Below the pieces are notes generated by a model, which worked only from the letters and a program-made list of their open reading frames with translations, was not told where the DNA came from and did no database searches. Positions 27,490 through 35,976 of a DNA stretch of 64,000 bases are shown here, piece after piece. The stretch is taken from positions 4,384,001 to 4,448,000 of the forward strand of contig OZ220089.1 in NCBI GenBank assembly GCA_964291625.2. Direction: 5' to 3'. How positions within the stretch are numbered: position 1 is the first letter of the stretch; each line of letters starts with the position of its first letter. A program made the position numbers and the translations under genes. The stretch is from Candidatus Latescibacterota bacterium (GTDB taxonomy: Bacteria; Latescibacterota; UBA2968; UBA8231).

Positions 27490-28888
27490 TCAGACGCTCC
27501 TGGGCAGGGATGTGGAGGACCATGCAGGCGGGATGGCCGAAGGCGCTGTCGGGCGGCTTCTCGCCCGGTTCGAGCAGCTGGCCGTTCATGCCGATGAACA
27601 GCCTCTCGCCATCGGGGCTCAGCTCCAGGCAGTAGGACCCGCCGACGCGGTAGCCCAGGCGGCTCTCGAAGAGAGGCCCGAGGAAGGCCAGGACCTTGCG
27701 CTCACGCGTCTTCAGGTCGAACTGCACCACCGGGGCTCCGTGGCTCCAGGCCTGGCCGTGGGCCCAGGGTACCGCGTAGAGATAGCGGCCCCCGGGGCTG
27801 ATCTCCAGGGCCGTGGTGTAGGCGCCGCGGTGCGGCCCTTCGCCGGGAGGGCCCCCTTCTTCCGGCCAGATCGCGCCCAGGGGCTCGGAGCTTCGCCCCT
27901 CGGGGTCGATGCGCACCAGGCGGCCTTCGCAGACGCCGTAGAACAGACCGCGCCCGTCCCGCTTCTCGGTGCCGGCCCGCATGGGGCCGTATCCGTCGGG
28001 CAGGGGCAGGGCGCGCTCCTCCACGGTGTTGGAGTTCGCGTCGTAGCGGGCCAGCCACACCTGCCGGGAGGTGTCGGGGCGCACCGAGAACCAGGCGCCC
28101 CCGCCGGCCTCGTCGACCAGGACGAAACGTCGGCTGGCCTCGGTCCCGACGTGGCCGTAGTAGATCGTCCGCCCCCGGCGCAGATCGAAGACGGCGAAGC
28201 CCTGGCCTTGCCAGTTGCGGTCGCAGGGCAGCGCGTAGAACAGCCCCCGGCGGGTATCTGCCATGGCCGCGGGGATTACGTAAGGGCGCTTGAGGATCCC
28301 GAGGACGTCGAGCCGGCCGGAGGCGGGATCGGCGGCGACCACCATGCCGTGGTGCTCGTTTTCCTGCTCCCAGTCCTCGGGGGGGGCGTTGCCCCAGTAG
28401 GTGCCCCAGCAGATGCGGCCGTCCTCGAGCTCCTCCAGGCGGCAGTGGATCTTGCCGAACCCCCAGTCCCCCTCCCGCTGGCCGAGCAGTTGCTGCTGGT
28501 CGAAGACCAGCTCCAGGCGGCGGTCCTCCGGGTCGTAGGCGTAGACGTAGCTGCGTCCCCCGGGGCCGCCGTGGTCGCCGATGGCGGACCAGAACCGCCC
28601 GTCGCTGGCGATCAGGCCGTCCCCCCACTGGGACCAGAGGTTGCCCTCTTCCTGAAGGGGGATCGGGTAGAGGACGGCGTCGATCCGCGGCGCCGTCGAG
28701 GCCGGGACGTACCCGAAGTCGGCGGCGGACACGGAATCGGGGGCCTGCAGCAGGGCGGGATCGCCCAGTGCGAGGACGCCTCCGCCGCGGAAGCGCTCGC
28801 GCTCGCCTTCCGCTGCCAGCGTGGCGGCCCACAGGAGCCACGGCGCCGTCCACCGCCAGAGCCGGATCAGCTCAGGACCAGGCGTCAC
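27476..28888 (-). CDS. Secreted hypothetical protein, probable beta-propeller
   Basis: Signal-like N-terminus; repeated beta-blade patterns (YDPEDRRLE, SPGGRYLY, SPDGERLFIG); IGDH and GKIH motifs. Confidence 0.6.
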   Translation of the reverse strand: MTPGPELIRLWRWTAPWLLWAATLAAEGERERFRGGGVLALGDPALLQAPDSVSAADFGYVPASTAPRIDAVLYPIPLQEEGNLWSQWGDGLIASDGRFWSAIGDHGGPGGRSYVYAYDPEDRRLELVFDQQQLLGQREGDWGFGKIHCRLEELEDGRICWGTYWGNAPPEDWEQENEHHGMVVAADPASGRLDVLGILKRPYVIPAAMADTRRGLFYALPCDRNWQGQGFAVFDLRRGRTIYYGHVGTEASRRFVLVDEAGGGAWFSVRPDTSRQVWLARYDANSNTVEERALPLPDGYGPMRAGTEKRDGRGLFYGVCEGRLVRIDPEGRSSEPLGAIWPEEGGPPGEGPHRGAYTTALEISPGGRYLYAVPWAHGQAWSHGAPVVQFDLKTRERKVLAFLGPLFESRLGYRVGGSYCLELSPDGERLFIGMNGQLLEPGEKPPDSAFGHPACMVLHIPAQERLNDSP

Positions 28889-30053
28889 GGGCTCCCCGGA
28901 TCCAGGCGAGGTGATGCTCGCGCAGCTGCCCGTAGGTGTAGAAGGCGAATCCGTCCACGCCGGCCTCGGCCTGGGCCTGGATCAGCCGCCGGGTGTACGA
29001 CTCGCTCTCGAAGCCGCCGGGCCGCACGATGGAGACCAGGCGCACCTCCGGCCTCAACTCTTCCCGCCGCTGCCGCACTCCCTGGGCGGCCTCCTCCGGC
29101 GGTCCGGGCACGGAGGTGTACACGGCGTCGACGCAGGCCAGCACGCGGTCCCGGTCGAGGCCGGTGACGCCCCGGTCCAGGGAGCCGAAGAAGGTGACCT
29201 CGGCGCCGCCCTCCCGCACCGTGGCGGCCACCTCCTCGAAGAGGGAGGTGGCGGTGGCCACGCGGGCCTCCAGGTAGCTCCTGAGCCGGCCATCGTAGGC
29301 GCCCTCGATCCAGTCATCCCGGTCTCCCTGGCTGGCCGCCCCGTCGCCCGGATCCAGCCGCAACTCGCGGTCCAGATCCCGTGCCACCTCCGCCCGCAAC
29401 CGCTCTCCGTCGAGGTTGGCGCCGTTGGCGGCCTCGACGCAGTGCCGGCAGAAGCACAGCCCCATCAGGAACTGGTGACGGGGATCGATGGCCACGGCCA
29501 CCTTCGGGTTGCGGAAGCCGTAGCCGAAGCCCAGGTAGCCGAGGGACTCGAGCTGCACGTGCCGCGGAGCGAAGCGGACCATGTCGCGGGTCAGGGCCAC
29601 GGCATAGGCGCGCACATCGGGATGGGCGGGGCAGAGCTGGCCGAGGTGGGGCTCGCCGAAGCAGTCGTGCCGGGCGGTGTCGGGGAAGGCCTGCGAGAGA
29701 TGGTGGTTGTAGAGGTAGATCGCCCACGCCGAGAACTCCAGGCCGCTCTCCCGGAGACCTCCCACCAGGCCGGGCAGGTAGTCCGGGCCGGTGACGACAT
29801 GGGAGACGAGGGGCCGGAGGCCCGTTCCGCCGTAGAGGCCCTCGTCGGGGTGGAAGTAGACGGCGCCTTCCTCCCCGAAGTAGATCTTCCGCCTCGGGTT
29901 GTGGGGCGAGAAGTAGGTGGAGACGTGGTAGCTGAGGGTGAGGAGCACGCCGCCCCCCGGACCGAGGGTGTCGGCGATCACCCCCGAGGCGGCCGCGACT
30001 CCTTCATCCGACAGGTCCCACGGATAGGTGTAGAACTCGGCGCGGGTTGCCAC
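28872..30053 (-). CDS. Hypothetical glycoside-hydrolase-like TIM-barrel protein
   Basis: YPWD, YH, LCPAHPDVRAY, LESLGY and CFCxxC motifs; no signal peptide. Confidence 0.55.
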   Translation of the reverse strand: MATRAEFYTYPWDLSDEGVAAASGVIADTLGPGGGVLLTLSYHVSTYFSPHNPRRKIYFGEEGAVYFHPDEGLYGGTGLRPLVSHVVTGPDYLPGLVGGLRESGLEFSAWAIYLYNHHLSQAFPDTARHDCFGEPHLGQLCPAHPDVRAYAVALTRDMVRFAPRHVQLESLGYLGFGYGFRNPKVAVAIDPRHQFLMGLCFCRHCVEAANGANLDGERLRAEVARDLDRELRLDPGDGAASQGDRDDWIEGAYDGRLRSYLEARVATATSLFEEVAATVREGGAEVTFFGSLDRGVTGLDRDRVLACVDAVYTSVPGPPEEAAQGVRQRREELRPEVRLVSIVRPGGFESESYTRRLIQAQAEAGVDGFAFYTYGQLREHHLAWIRGARDAWS

Positions 30054-30098
30054 GTCCTCGCTCCGGCAGGGGAGGCGCGGTCACCCCGCGCCGGGGAA

Positions 30099-30890
30099 TC
30101 AGTCGCGGGCCGTGAGCTCCACGGTGCCGTCGGTGTAGAGGCGGCCCACGTCACGCACGAACTCGTAGACGATGTCGACGCTCTCGACCGGCTCGTTGCG
30201 GTAGTCGAAGCGCAGGTTGACGTCGTGGACGATCACCTTCATGCCGTCCACGTCCGGATGAAGGGCAGGGAAGACGACGAAGCCCCCGACCTCCTGGCCG
30301 CTGAAGATGTTCTCGGAGGGGAACATCGTGTTGAGCAGCAGATCCTGGCGCGCCCGGAAGCGCGAGTACTCGTTGCCCCGGTAGCCGATGGCGTAGGCGC
30401 GGTAGTAGCCCTCGAGCTGCTTGAAGCGGAGGCTCCAGTAGGTGCGGCCGTTGGAGGCGGCCAGCTCGATCCGCGTCGGGTCGAGCCTCACCTTGGGGAA
30501 GGCGTAGTTCTTGACGCCGAGGCTGAAGACGGTGAAGCGCTGGCGGGTTTCCCGGCCCTCGTAGAACTCCTGGTCGCCGAAGGTGTAGGGGTTGGTCGAC
30601 CGGGGGCCCGAGGTCGACAGGGCGGAGAACTGGCGGTTCAGCTCGTCATCGGTCAGCGGCCGCAGCCGCACCTCGAGACGGCCCTGGACGTAGGTCACCC
30701 CTCCGTCGTCGGCGACCGCCATGGCGGGGCCCTGGTCTTCGACGGGCCGCAGGGGTCCGGCGTAATGGTGATAGCCGCCGCCACAGGCGGACAGGAGCCC
30801 CAAGGCGAGAATCAGGGCCACCCCCACCAGGGGGGTCCCCGGGCGCGGGGGATGGGTCAGGGGTCGAAGGCGGACGGTCTCGGGCGGCAT
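30099..30890 (-). CDS. Lipoprotein of unknown function (paralog of 54425-55204)
   Basis: Lipobox LSAC; STNPYTFGD, FTVF, KVRLDP and YYRA..GNE motifs shared with the paralog. Confidence 0.75.
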   Translation of the reverse strand: MPPETVRLRPLTHPPRPGTPLVGVALILALGLLSACGGGYHHYAGPLRPVEDQGPAMAVADDGGVTYVQGRLEVRLRPLTDDELNRQFSALSTSGPRSTNPYTFGDQEFYEGRETRQRFTVFSLGVKNYAFPKVRLDPTRIELAASNGRTYWSLRFKQLEGYYRAYAIGYRGNEYSRFRARQDLLLNTMFPSENIFSGQEVGGFVVFPALHPDVDGMKVIVHDVNLRFDYRNEPVESVDIVYEFVRDVGRLYTDGTVELTARD

Positions 30891-30939
30891 GGCAGGTCTC
30901 CGGCGTTGGGACCGACGGTAGGAGAAGTGGCTTTCCCTG

Positions 30940-32616
30940 TCAACGGGAATGGCCGGCGCCCGGTTGCCTCACGGCCAGGTACTGGTTCGGCGGGACGGCC
31001 GTCAGGGTCTGGGCGGAGCCGCCCGGCCAGTGGACGGTCACGCTGTCGACCCGGGCCGCCTCCCCCAGGCCGAAGTGAAGGCGCGGGTCCTCGCTGCTGA
31101 GGAAGCTGCTGCCGCGCACGCTCTGACGCACCTGCCGCCGGCCGCCGGCGGCGACGACGACGCGGGCGCCGACCCCCTCGTGGTTGCAGCGCACCCCCTC
31201 CAGGCGCAGACCGAGCCAGTTGCCGCCCGGCGCGTCGTTGCGGTAGAGGGCGGGACGGTCGTCCAGGTTGGCCACGAAGAGGTCCAGGTCTCCGTCGTCG
31301 TCGAAGTCGACGACCGCCGCTCCCCGGCTCACCCGGGGCGGTCCGAAGGGATCCGACCCCTGGTCGAGGACCCGCTCGAAGCGGCCGGCGACGTTCTCGA
31401 AGAGATGGTCGGCCTGGGCGTACGCCGAGTTGGTGCCCGACGTATCGATCTGGGGATAGACGTGGCCGTTGGCGACGAAGATATCGAGATCGGCGTCGCG
31501 GTCGAAGTCGAGGAAGGCGGCCCCGAAGCCGACGAAGGGGAGACCGGCCTGGGCCAGGCCGGCGGCGAAGCTGACGTCCTCGAAACTGCCGTCGCCGCGG
31601 TTCCGGTAGAGGGTGTTGTAGTCGTCGTCGAAGTTGGTCACCAGCAGGTCGGGGGATCCGTCGCCGTCGAAGTCCCCGGCGGCCACGCCCATCCCGGCCT
31701 GGGCATTGCCCATGGCGCCGTGGCTCGCGCGGGCGGTCAGCCCCGCCTCGGAGAACCGGTCCCCGGAGTCGTTGCGGAACAGGAAGTTGGGAGACGAGTC
31801 GTTGGCCACGTAGAGATCGGCATCGCCGTCGACGTCGAGGTCCGCGAAGAGAACGCCGAGCCCGTAACCCGGGGCCACGTCGCTCACGCCGGAGGGAGCG
31901 CTCACGTCGGTGAACCGGTCGCCCTCGTTGCGGTAGAGCCGATCGGGGAGCGGGCGCAGGCCCAGGGGGCCGATGAAGGCGGGCACGCCCTTCCAGCGCG
32001 TGCCCAGGTGGGCGACGCTGTCCGCGTGGAGGTCCACGTAGTTGGCTACGTAGAGGTCCAGGTCCCCGTCCAGGTCGTAGTCGCCGGCCGCGGCTCCCGT
32101 GCTCCAGAGAGGCAGGTCCACTCCGGCCTGCGTGCCGAGCTCGGTGAAGCGCCCCCTGTCGTTGAGGAAGAGGAGGTTCCTCGTCAGGCAGGAGACGTAG
32201 AGGTCGGGGTCGCCGTCATTGTCGAAGTCGGCGGCCAGGGCCCCCATGCCCCAGCCGCGGCCCTCGACCCCGGAGGAGGCAGCCACGTCCTGGAAACCTC
32301 GATCGCCGTCATTGCGGTAGAGGGCGTTCCCCGCCCCCAGGGAGTCGTCGAGCGTCGCTCCGTTCACCCAGTAGAGATCGAGGTCGCCGTCCCCCTCGGC
32401 GTCGAGGACCGCCAAGCCGCCGCCCTTGGCCTCGACGATGTACCCCTTCTCGGGGGTGCCGCCCCTGTGGGCCCGGTGCAATCCCGCCTCGGCCGCCACG
32501 TCGACGAACAGGCGGCCCCGGTCCGCCCGCTGAGCCGGGGGTGGGTCGGCGCAGGAAGACAGCAGAAGGAGGAGGGCTCCGAAGGGCAAGCAAAAACCCC
32601 CGGGCGCCTGGTTCAT
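30940..32616 (-). CDS. CRTAC1-family lipoprotein (FG-GAP/VCBS repeats + ASPIC/UnbV)
   Basis: Repeated DxDxDGDxDL...LYRN; QAGMGV; C-terminal GARV...RLHFGLG...VHWP; lipobox LSSC. Confidence 0.9.
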   Translation of the reverse strand: MNQAPGGFCLPFGALLLLLSSCADPPPAQRADRGRLFVDVAAEAGLHRAHRGGTPEKGYIVEAKGGGLAVLDAEGDGDLDLYWVNGATLDDSLGAGNALYRNDGDRGFQDVAASSGVEGRGWGMGALAADFDNDGDPDLYVSCLTRNLLFLNDRGRFTELGTQAGVDLPLWSTGAAAGDYDLDGDLDLYVANYVDLHADSVAHLGTRWKGVPAFIGPLGLRPLPDRLYRNEGDRFTDVSAPSGVSDVAPGYGLGVLFADLDVDGDADLYVANDSSPNFLFRNDSGDRFSEAGLTARASHGAMGNAQAGMGVAAGDFDGDGSPDLLVTNFDDDYNTLYRNRGDGSFEDVSFAAGLAQAGLPFVGFGAAFLDFDRDADLDIFVANGHVYPQIDTSGTNSAYAQADHLFENVAGRFERVLDQGSDPFGPPRVSRGAAVVDFDDDGDLDLFVANLDDRPALYRNDAPGGNWLGLRLEGVRCNHEGVGARVVVAAGGRRQVRQSVRGSSFLSSEDPRLHFGLGEAARVDSVTVHWPGGSAQTLTAVPPNQYLAVRQPGAGHSR

Positions 32617-32669
32617 GCGCCCGGGGGAGGAGGCAACGCCGCTACAGCTGCGGCGGGGACAGGGTCGGA

Positions 32670-33560
32670 TCAGCGTGCGGCCTTGATCTGGCCCCAGGAA
32701 ACGTCCTCGACGGCGGTCAGGGCGGCGATGGAGGGTTCCACCTGGGCCATGACGACGTCGTTGGTGGCGGTGCAGCAGCTCTCGGGCGACATCGTCCAGA
32801 ACCCCTGATAGCTCTCCAGGGAGCACTCGGTGCAAGGCTCGTCGAAGTCGCCGACCGTCACGGAGAGGTGGATGACCTCCTCCTCCTCGAGGTCGTGGAC
32901 GACCACGCTGCTCTCGTCGACGTCGTCACCCCTCGGCATGCTCAGAATGGGGGTGATGGCCAGCTCGTAGTAGTAGGTGCTCTCGCCGAACTGGTCGCCA
33001 TCGAAACCCCAGCCGAAGTCGATCCAGTCGGAGCCGTCGACGAACCAGGGGATGGCCTGGTTGGGACGGAAGAACTGGTAGGCGCCCTCAACCGGCGGCA
33101 CGGCCCACTTGTAGCTGAAGTTGTTGGCCGGCTGTTCTGCCTGGTTGTGCTCCTCCGTCGGCGTGTGGTCGGGGTTGACCTCGACCTCCCAGGCGTCGTC
33201 CGACCAGAAGGCCGAAGGGTCCTCGCGGTCCAGATTGTGGACGTTGTCGAACACCGAGGTGGCGAAGTAGAGCTTGTTGAGGTTGTCGTTCCAACCGATG
33301 ATGTTGCGGATGTTGATGTCGCTGGCGTCGATCTCGCCGCGGCCCACGGGCTGGATGTCGGCCACCGGGGAGTAGAGCCGGTCGTTGCCGATCCAGTAGG
33401 GGCCGTCGATGGGAACGATATCCCAGTCGGAGAGATCGCCGTCCATCTGCGGCACCAGGTTGTCGGGGAACTGGGCGGCGAAGAACAGCTCCCCGGGCGG
33501 ATTGTGGGCGCTGGCGGAGACCGCGACGACCAGCGACGCACAGAGGATGATGCGCTTCAT
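32670..33560 (-). CDS. Secreted acidic CBM9/DOMON-like protein with C-terminal AVExxSWGxIK tail
   Basis: Signal peptide; MDGDLSDW, GWNDNLNKLYF, DDAWEV and YELAI motifs; ends TAVEDVSWGQIKAAR. Confidence 0.7.
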   Translation of the reverse strand: MKRIILCASLVVAVSASAHNPPGELFFAAQFPDNLVPQMDGDLSDWDIVPIDGPYWIGNDRLYSPVADIQPVGRGEIDASDINIRNIIGWNDNLNKLYFATSVFDNVHNLDREDPSAFWSDDAWEVEVNPDHTPTEEHNQAEQPANNFSYKWAVPPVEGAYQFFRPNQAIPWFVDGSDWIDFGWGFDGDQFGESTYYYELAITPILSMPRGDDVDESSVVVHDLEEEEVIHLSVTVGDFDEPCTECSLESYQGFWTMSPESCCTATNDVVMAQVEPSIAALTAVEDVSWGQIKAAR

Positions 33561-33636
33561 GCGAGGTCCTCCTGAGTCAGGAATGCGGCTGGAATAGCCG
33601 GTTGGGGGGATGGATCTCCTAATACAGAGGATTTGA

Positions 33637-33665
33637 AAAGTGCAAAAAAGCCAGGGAGAAGTCAA
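33637..33665 (-). promoter_or_regulatory. Putative sigma70 promoter for 32670-33560
   Basis: Minus strand TTGACT-N17-CACTTT in the most AT-rich intergenic stretch seen. Confidence 0.45.
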
Positions 33666-33693
33666 GCTTTTTGGGGTCCGGCACCCCTGCCCA

Positions 33694-35844
33694 TCAGTAC
33701 ACCACCGAAACCACCCCGACGCGGCGCACCGTCTCCTCGGTGCTGAGGGAGACTTCGTAGAGGTAGGTCCCCGGCGGTACCAAGTCGCCGGCGCCGTCCC
33801 TGCCGTTCCAGCTCTGGCTGCTGCGGCCGCTGGCGCCCGACCTGGGTTCCTGGACGTGGACGAGACGCCCTCCCAGATCGTAGATGCGCAGGTGGACGGG
33901 ACGCTGAACGGTCAGCTGGCGAAGCTCGTAGGTCAGGACGAGCTCGTCGTTGAGACCGTCCCCGTTGGGGGTGATGGTCTGACTGGAGGCGTTCAGATCG
34001 CCGATGAGACCGCCCTTCAGCGGTGTGGCCACGGCCAGCACGTTGCTGCCGAACCGGAAGGTCGCGTTGCCCGGGCGCACCTGCTGGCGGATCCGGTCCG
34101 GGTCATCGCTGTGGAAGACCCAGCCGCGGAACTCGGCCCCGTAACGCAGGACCGGCACCTCGAAGGTCGCCTCGATCGGCTTCAGCCGGTCGGAGCGGCC
34201 CTTGAGCTCGTCGAAGGAAAAGATGAGGCGATCCTCCCGCAGGTCGGGTGGATGCAGGTCGAAGTCGACCGGGCCCCCGTCCACGGTGAGGGAGAGGCGC
34301 TCCGGATCGACGCGATTGTGGGTCAGGATCTCCAGGCGGTTGAAGCCGAGATCCGCGTCGTCGAAGTCGGGACGCACCACGTAGGTGAAGGGCGTGGCGT
34401 CGAAGGAGGTCACCTCGGTCGGCCAGATCTCGCCCAGAACCTCTCTGGCCAGGGGAGACTCGCTGAACTGGAGCCACACCTGATCGATGCGGGAAGCCCG
34501 GGTGAAGGTGCTGAAGAGCTGGATGTCGATCTGCAGGTAGCGGCTCGGGCCAGGCGACAGGAGGGAGGTACCGTCCCCCCAGCTCTCGGCCGGGACAGTG
34601 GAGTCTCGCAGGCCCGCCTCGAAGGAGTACGGAGGCGACCAGAAGCTCCAGTTGTCCAGGTCTGGCCGGGGATCGAGGCGGCCCGTGGCGTCGATGGCCA
34701 GGTACTCCTCGGTGGAGATCCGGCGGATGTCGCCGTTGACGCTCTCGGCGACGTAGAAGTTGGGGTCCGGGGTCTGCCCGGTGCGCGTGCGGATCTCGAC
34801 GCGCGTGCCCTCGGGGGCCTCGCCGCTCCAGCGGATCTTGCCCCAGTTCACCCGGCCGCCCGACTCGGCGCCGAAGTCGAGGATCTGCGTCCGGTAGGAG
34901 GCGTGCTCCACGAAGCCCTCGCCGAAGACCTGGAACTCCGCCACCTCCCAGTTGCGCAGGGGGAAGGTCTTGAAGGTCAGGTAGCGCACCGACCGGGTGG
35001 GAAAGTTCAGGTCGACGATGCGCTCGAGGTTCTCGGGCTTGGACTCCAGGATCTCGAGGCGGTCGTCGGTGGTCCGGACCCAGCGCAGACCCTGGGAGAA
35101 GCCGACGTGGTCGCAGGGGCTGCTGGCGAAGCTCTGGCTGTCGTCGGCCACGCGGATCTCGTAGCCCTCGACGAAGTTGGCGGCGAAGCTGCTCTCGCCG
35201 AACTCCTCGAGGGGGGGGCTCGGCTCCTGCATCTCCTCGATCAGCAGCCGGTCCTCCACGCGGCTCAGTCGCGGGAAGAACCGGATCCGGTTGACGGGCA
35301 CGGCGGCGCCGAAGTCGAGGACCACGGCGTTCTTCCATCCCGAGCCGGTGACCCCGGCGACGATGCGGCCGCCGCCCGCGAAGATGCTCGTGCCGGGGGT
35401 GAACCGGCGGAAGTGGGCGGTCGTGAAGTCTCCGTCGAACTGCTTCTTCACGATCCGGACCTCGTTGTCGATGGCCCCGCAACCGTCCGTGGTCAAGGCG
35501 ATCCCCCGGGTGGTGGGGAGGGGGATCCGGATGTCGGGAGAGTCGGGGTCGGTGAGGGCCAGGTTCTGGTCGGATCGCACGAACAGCGGCAGGATGCTGC
35601 CCGGGGAGGCCTCGTACTCGATGACGCTGTCGCCGCCCTCGCCCCAGGGCGTGGTCGGCACCGCGTCGCGGCGCACGAGGGTGCCCTCCTCGTCGAAGAC
35701 CACGAACTCGCCGGCGTCCTCCTCGGAGAGGGCCGCCGGCCAGGGATTGCCGTCGGGACCGCCCAGCACGTATTCCGTGCGAGCCGACACGGAGGCCGCG
35801 CCGAGGGCAAGGCAGAGAATGACGCAACAGGCTGAGGAGCGCAT
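33694..35844 (-). CDS. Secreted discoidin-like protein with C-terminal FlgD-Ig/PNGD domain (paralog A)
   Basis: Signal peptide from ATG 35844; VLDFGAAVPVNRIRFFPR, IRTRTG, ITPNGDGLND, IYDLGGRLV and WNGRD...VPPGTYLY motifs. Confidence 0.8.
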   Translation of the reverse strand: MRSSACCVILCLALGAASVSARTEYVLGGPDGNPWPAALSEEDAGEFVVFDEEGTLVRRDAVPTTPWGEGGDSVIEYEASPGSILPLFVRSDQNLALTDPDSPDIRIPLPTTRGIALTTDGCGAIDNEVRIVKKQFDGDFTTAHFRRFTPGTSIFAGGGRIVAGVTGSGWKNAVVLDFGAAVPVNRIRFFPRLSRVEDRLLIEEMQEPSPPLEEFGESSFAANFVEGYEIRVADDSQSFASSPCDHVGFSQGLRWVRTTDDRLEILESKPENLERIVDLNFPTRSVRYLTFKTFPLRNWEVAEFQVFGEGFVEHASYRTQILDFGAESGGRVNWGKIRWSGEAPEGTRVEIRTRTGQTPDPNFYVAESVNGDIRRISTEEYLAIDATGRLDPRPDLDNWSFWSPPYSFEAGLRDSTVPAESWGDGTSLLSPGPSRYLQIDIQLFSTFTRASRIDQVWLQFSESPLAREVLGEIWPTEVTSFDATPFTYVVRPDFDDADLGFNRLEILTHNRVDPERLSLTVDGGPVDFDLHPPDLREDRLIFSFDELKGRSDRLKPIEATFEVPVLRYGAEFRGWVFHSDDPDRIRQQVRPGNATFRFGSNVLAVATPLKGGLIGDLNASSQTITPNGDGLNDELVLTYELRQLTVQRPVHLRIYDLGGRLVHVQEPRSGASGRSSQSWNGRDGAGDLVPPGTYLYEVSLSTEETVRRVGVVSVVY

Positions 35845-35883
35845 GGGCAGTACCTCCCGGGAGGCCGGCCAGCCCCCGAGGGA

Positions 35884-35946
35884 ACGGTACTGCCGCCGAA
35901 GCGGCGGGACAAGGGAATTGACAGTGACCCGGCGGCGCTCTTTCCT
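35884..35946. promoter_or_regulatory. Back-to-back putative promoters between paralogs A and B
   Basis: Plus strand TTGACA-N17-TTTCCT (35918-35946); minus strand TTGTCC-N17-TACCGT (35912-35884). Confidence 0.45.
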
Positions 35947-35976
35947 TGCCCCGGGACCCGACTCGAGAGCGGCGGC

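Noticed and set aside
33666-33686. Hairpin GGGGT...ACCCC next to a T-run as an intrinsic terminator
   Set aside because: The T-run lies on the wrong side of the hairpin for termination on either strand.
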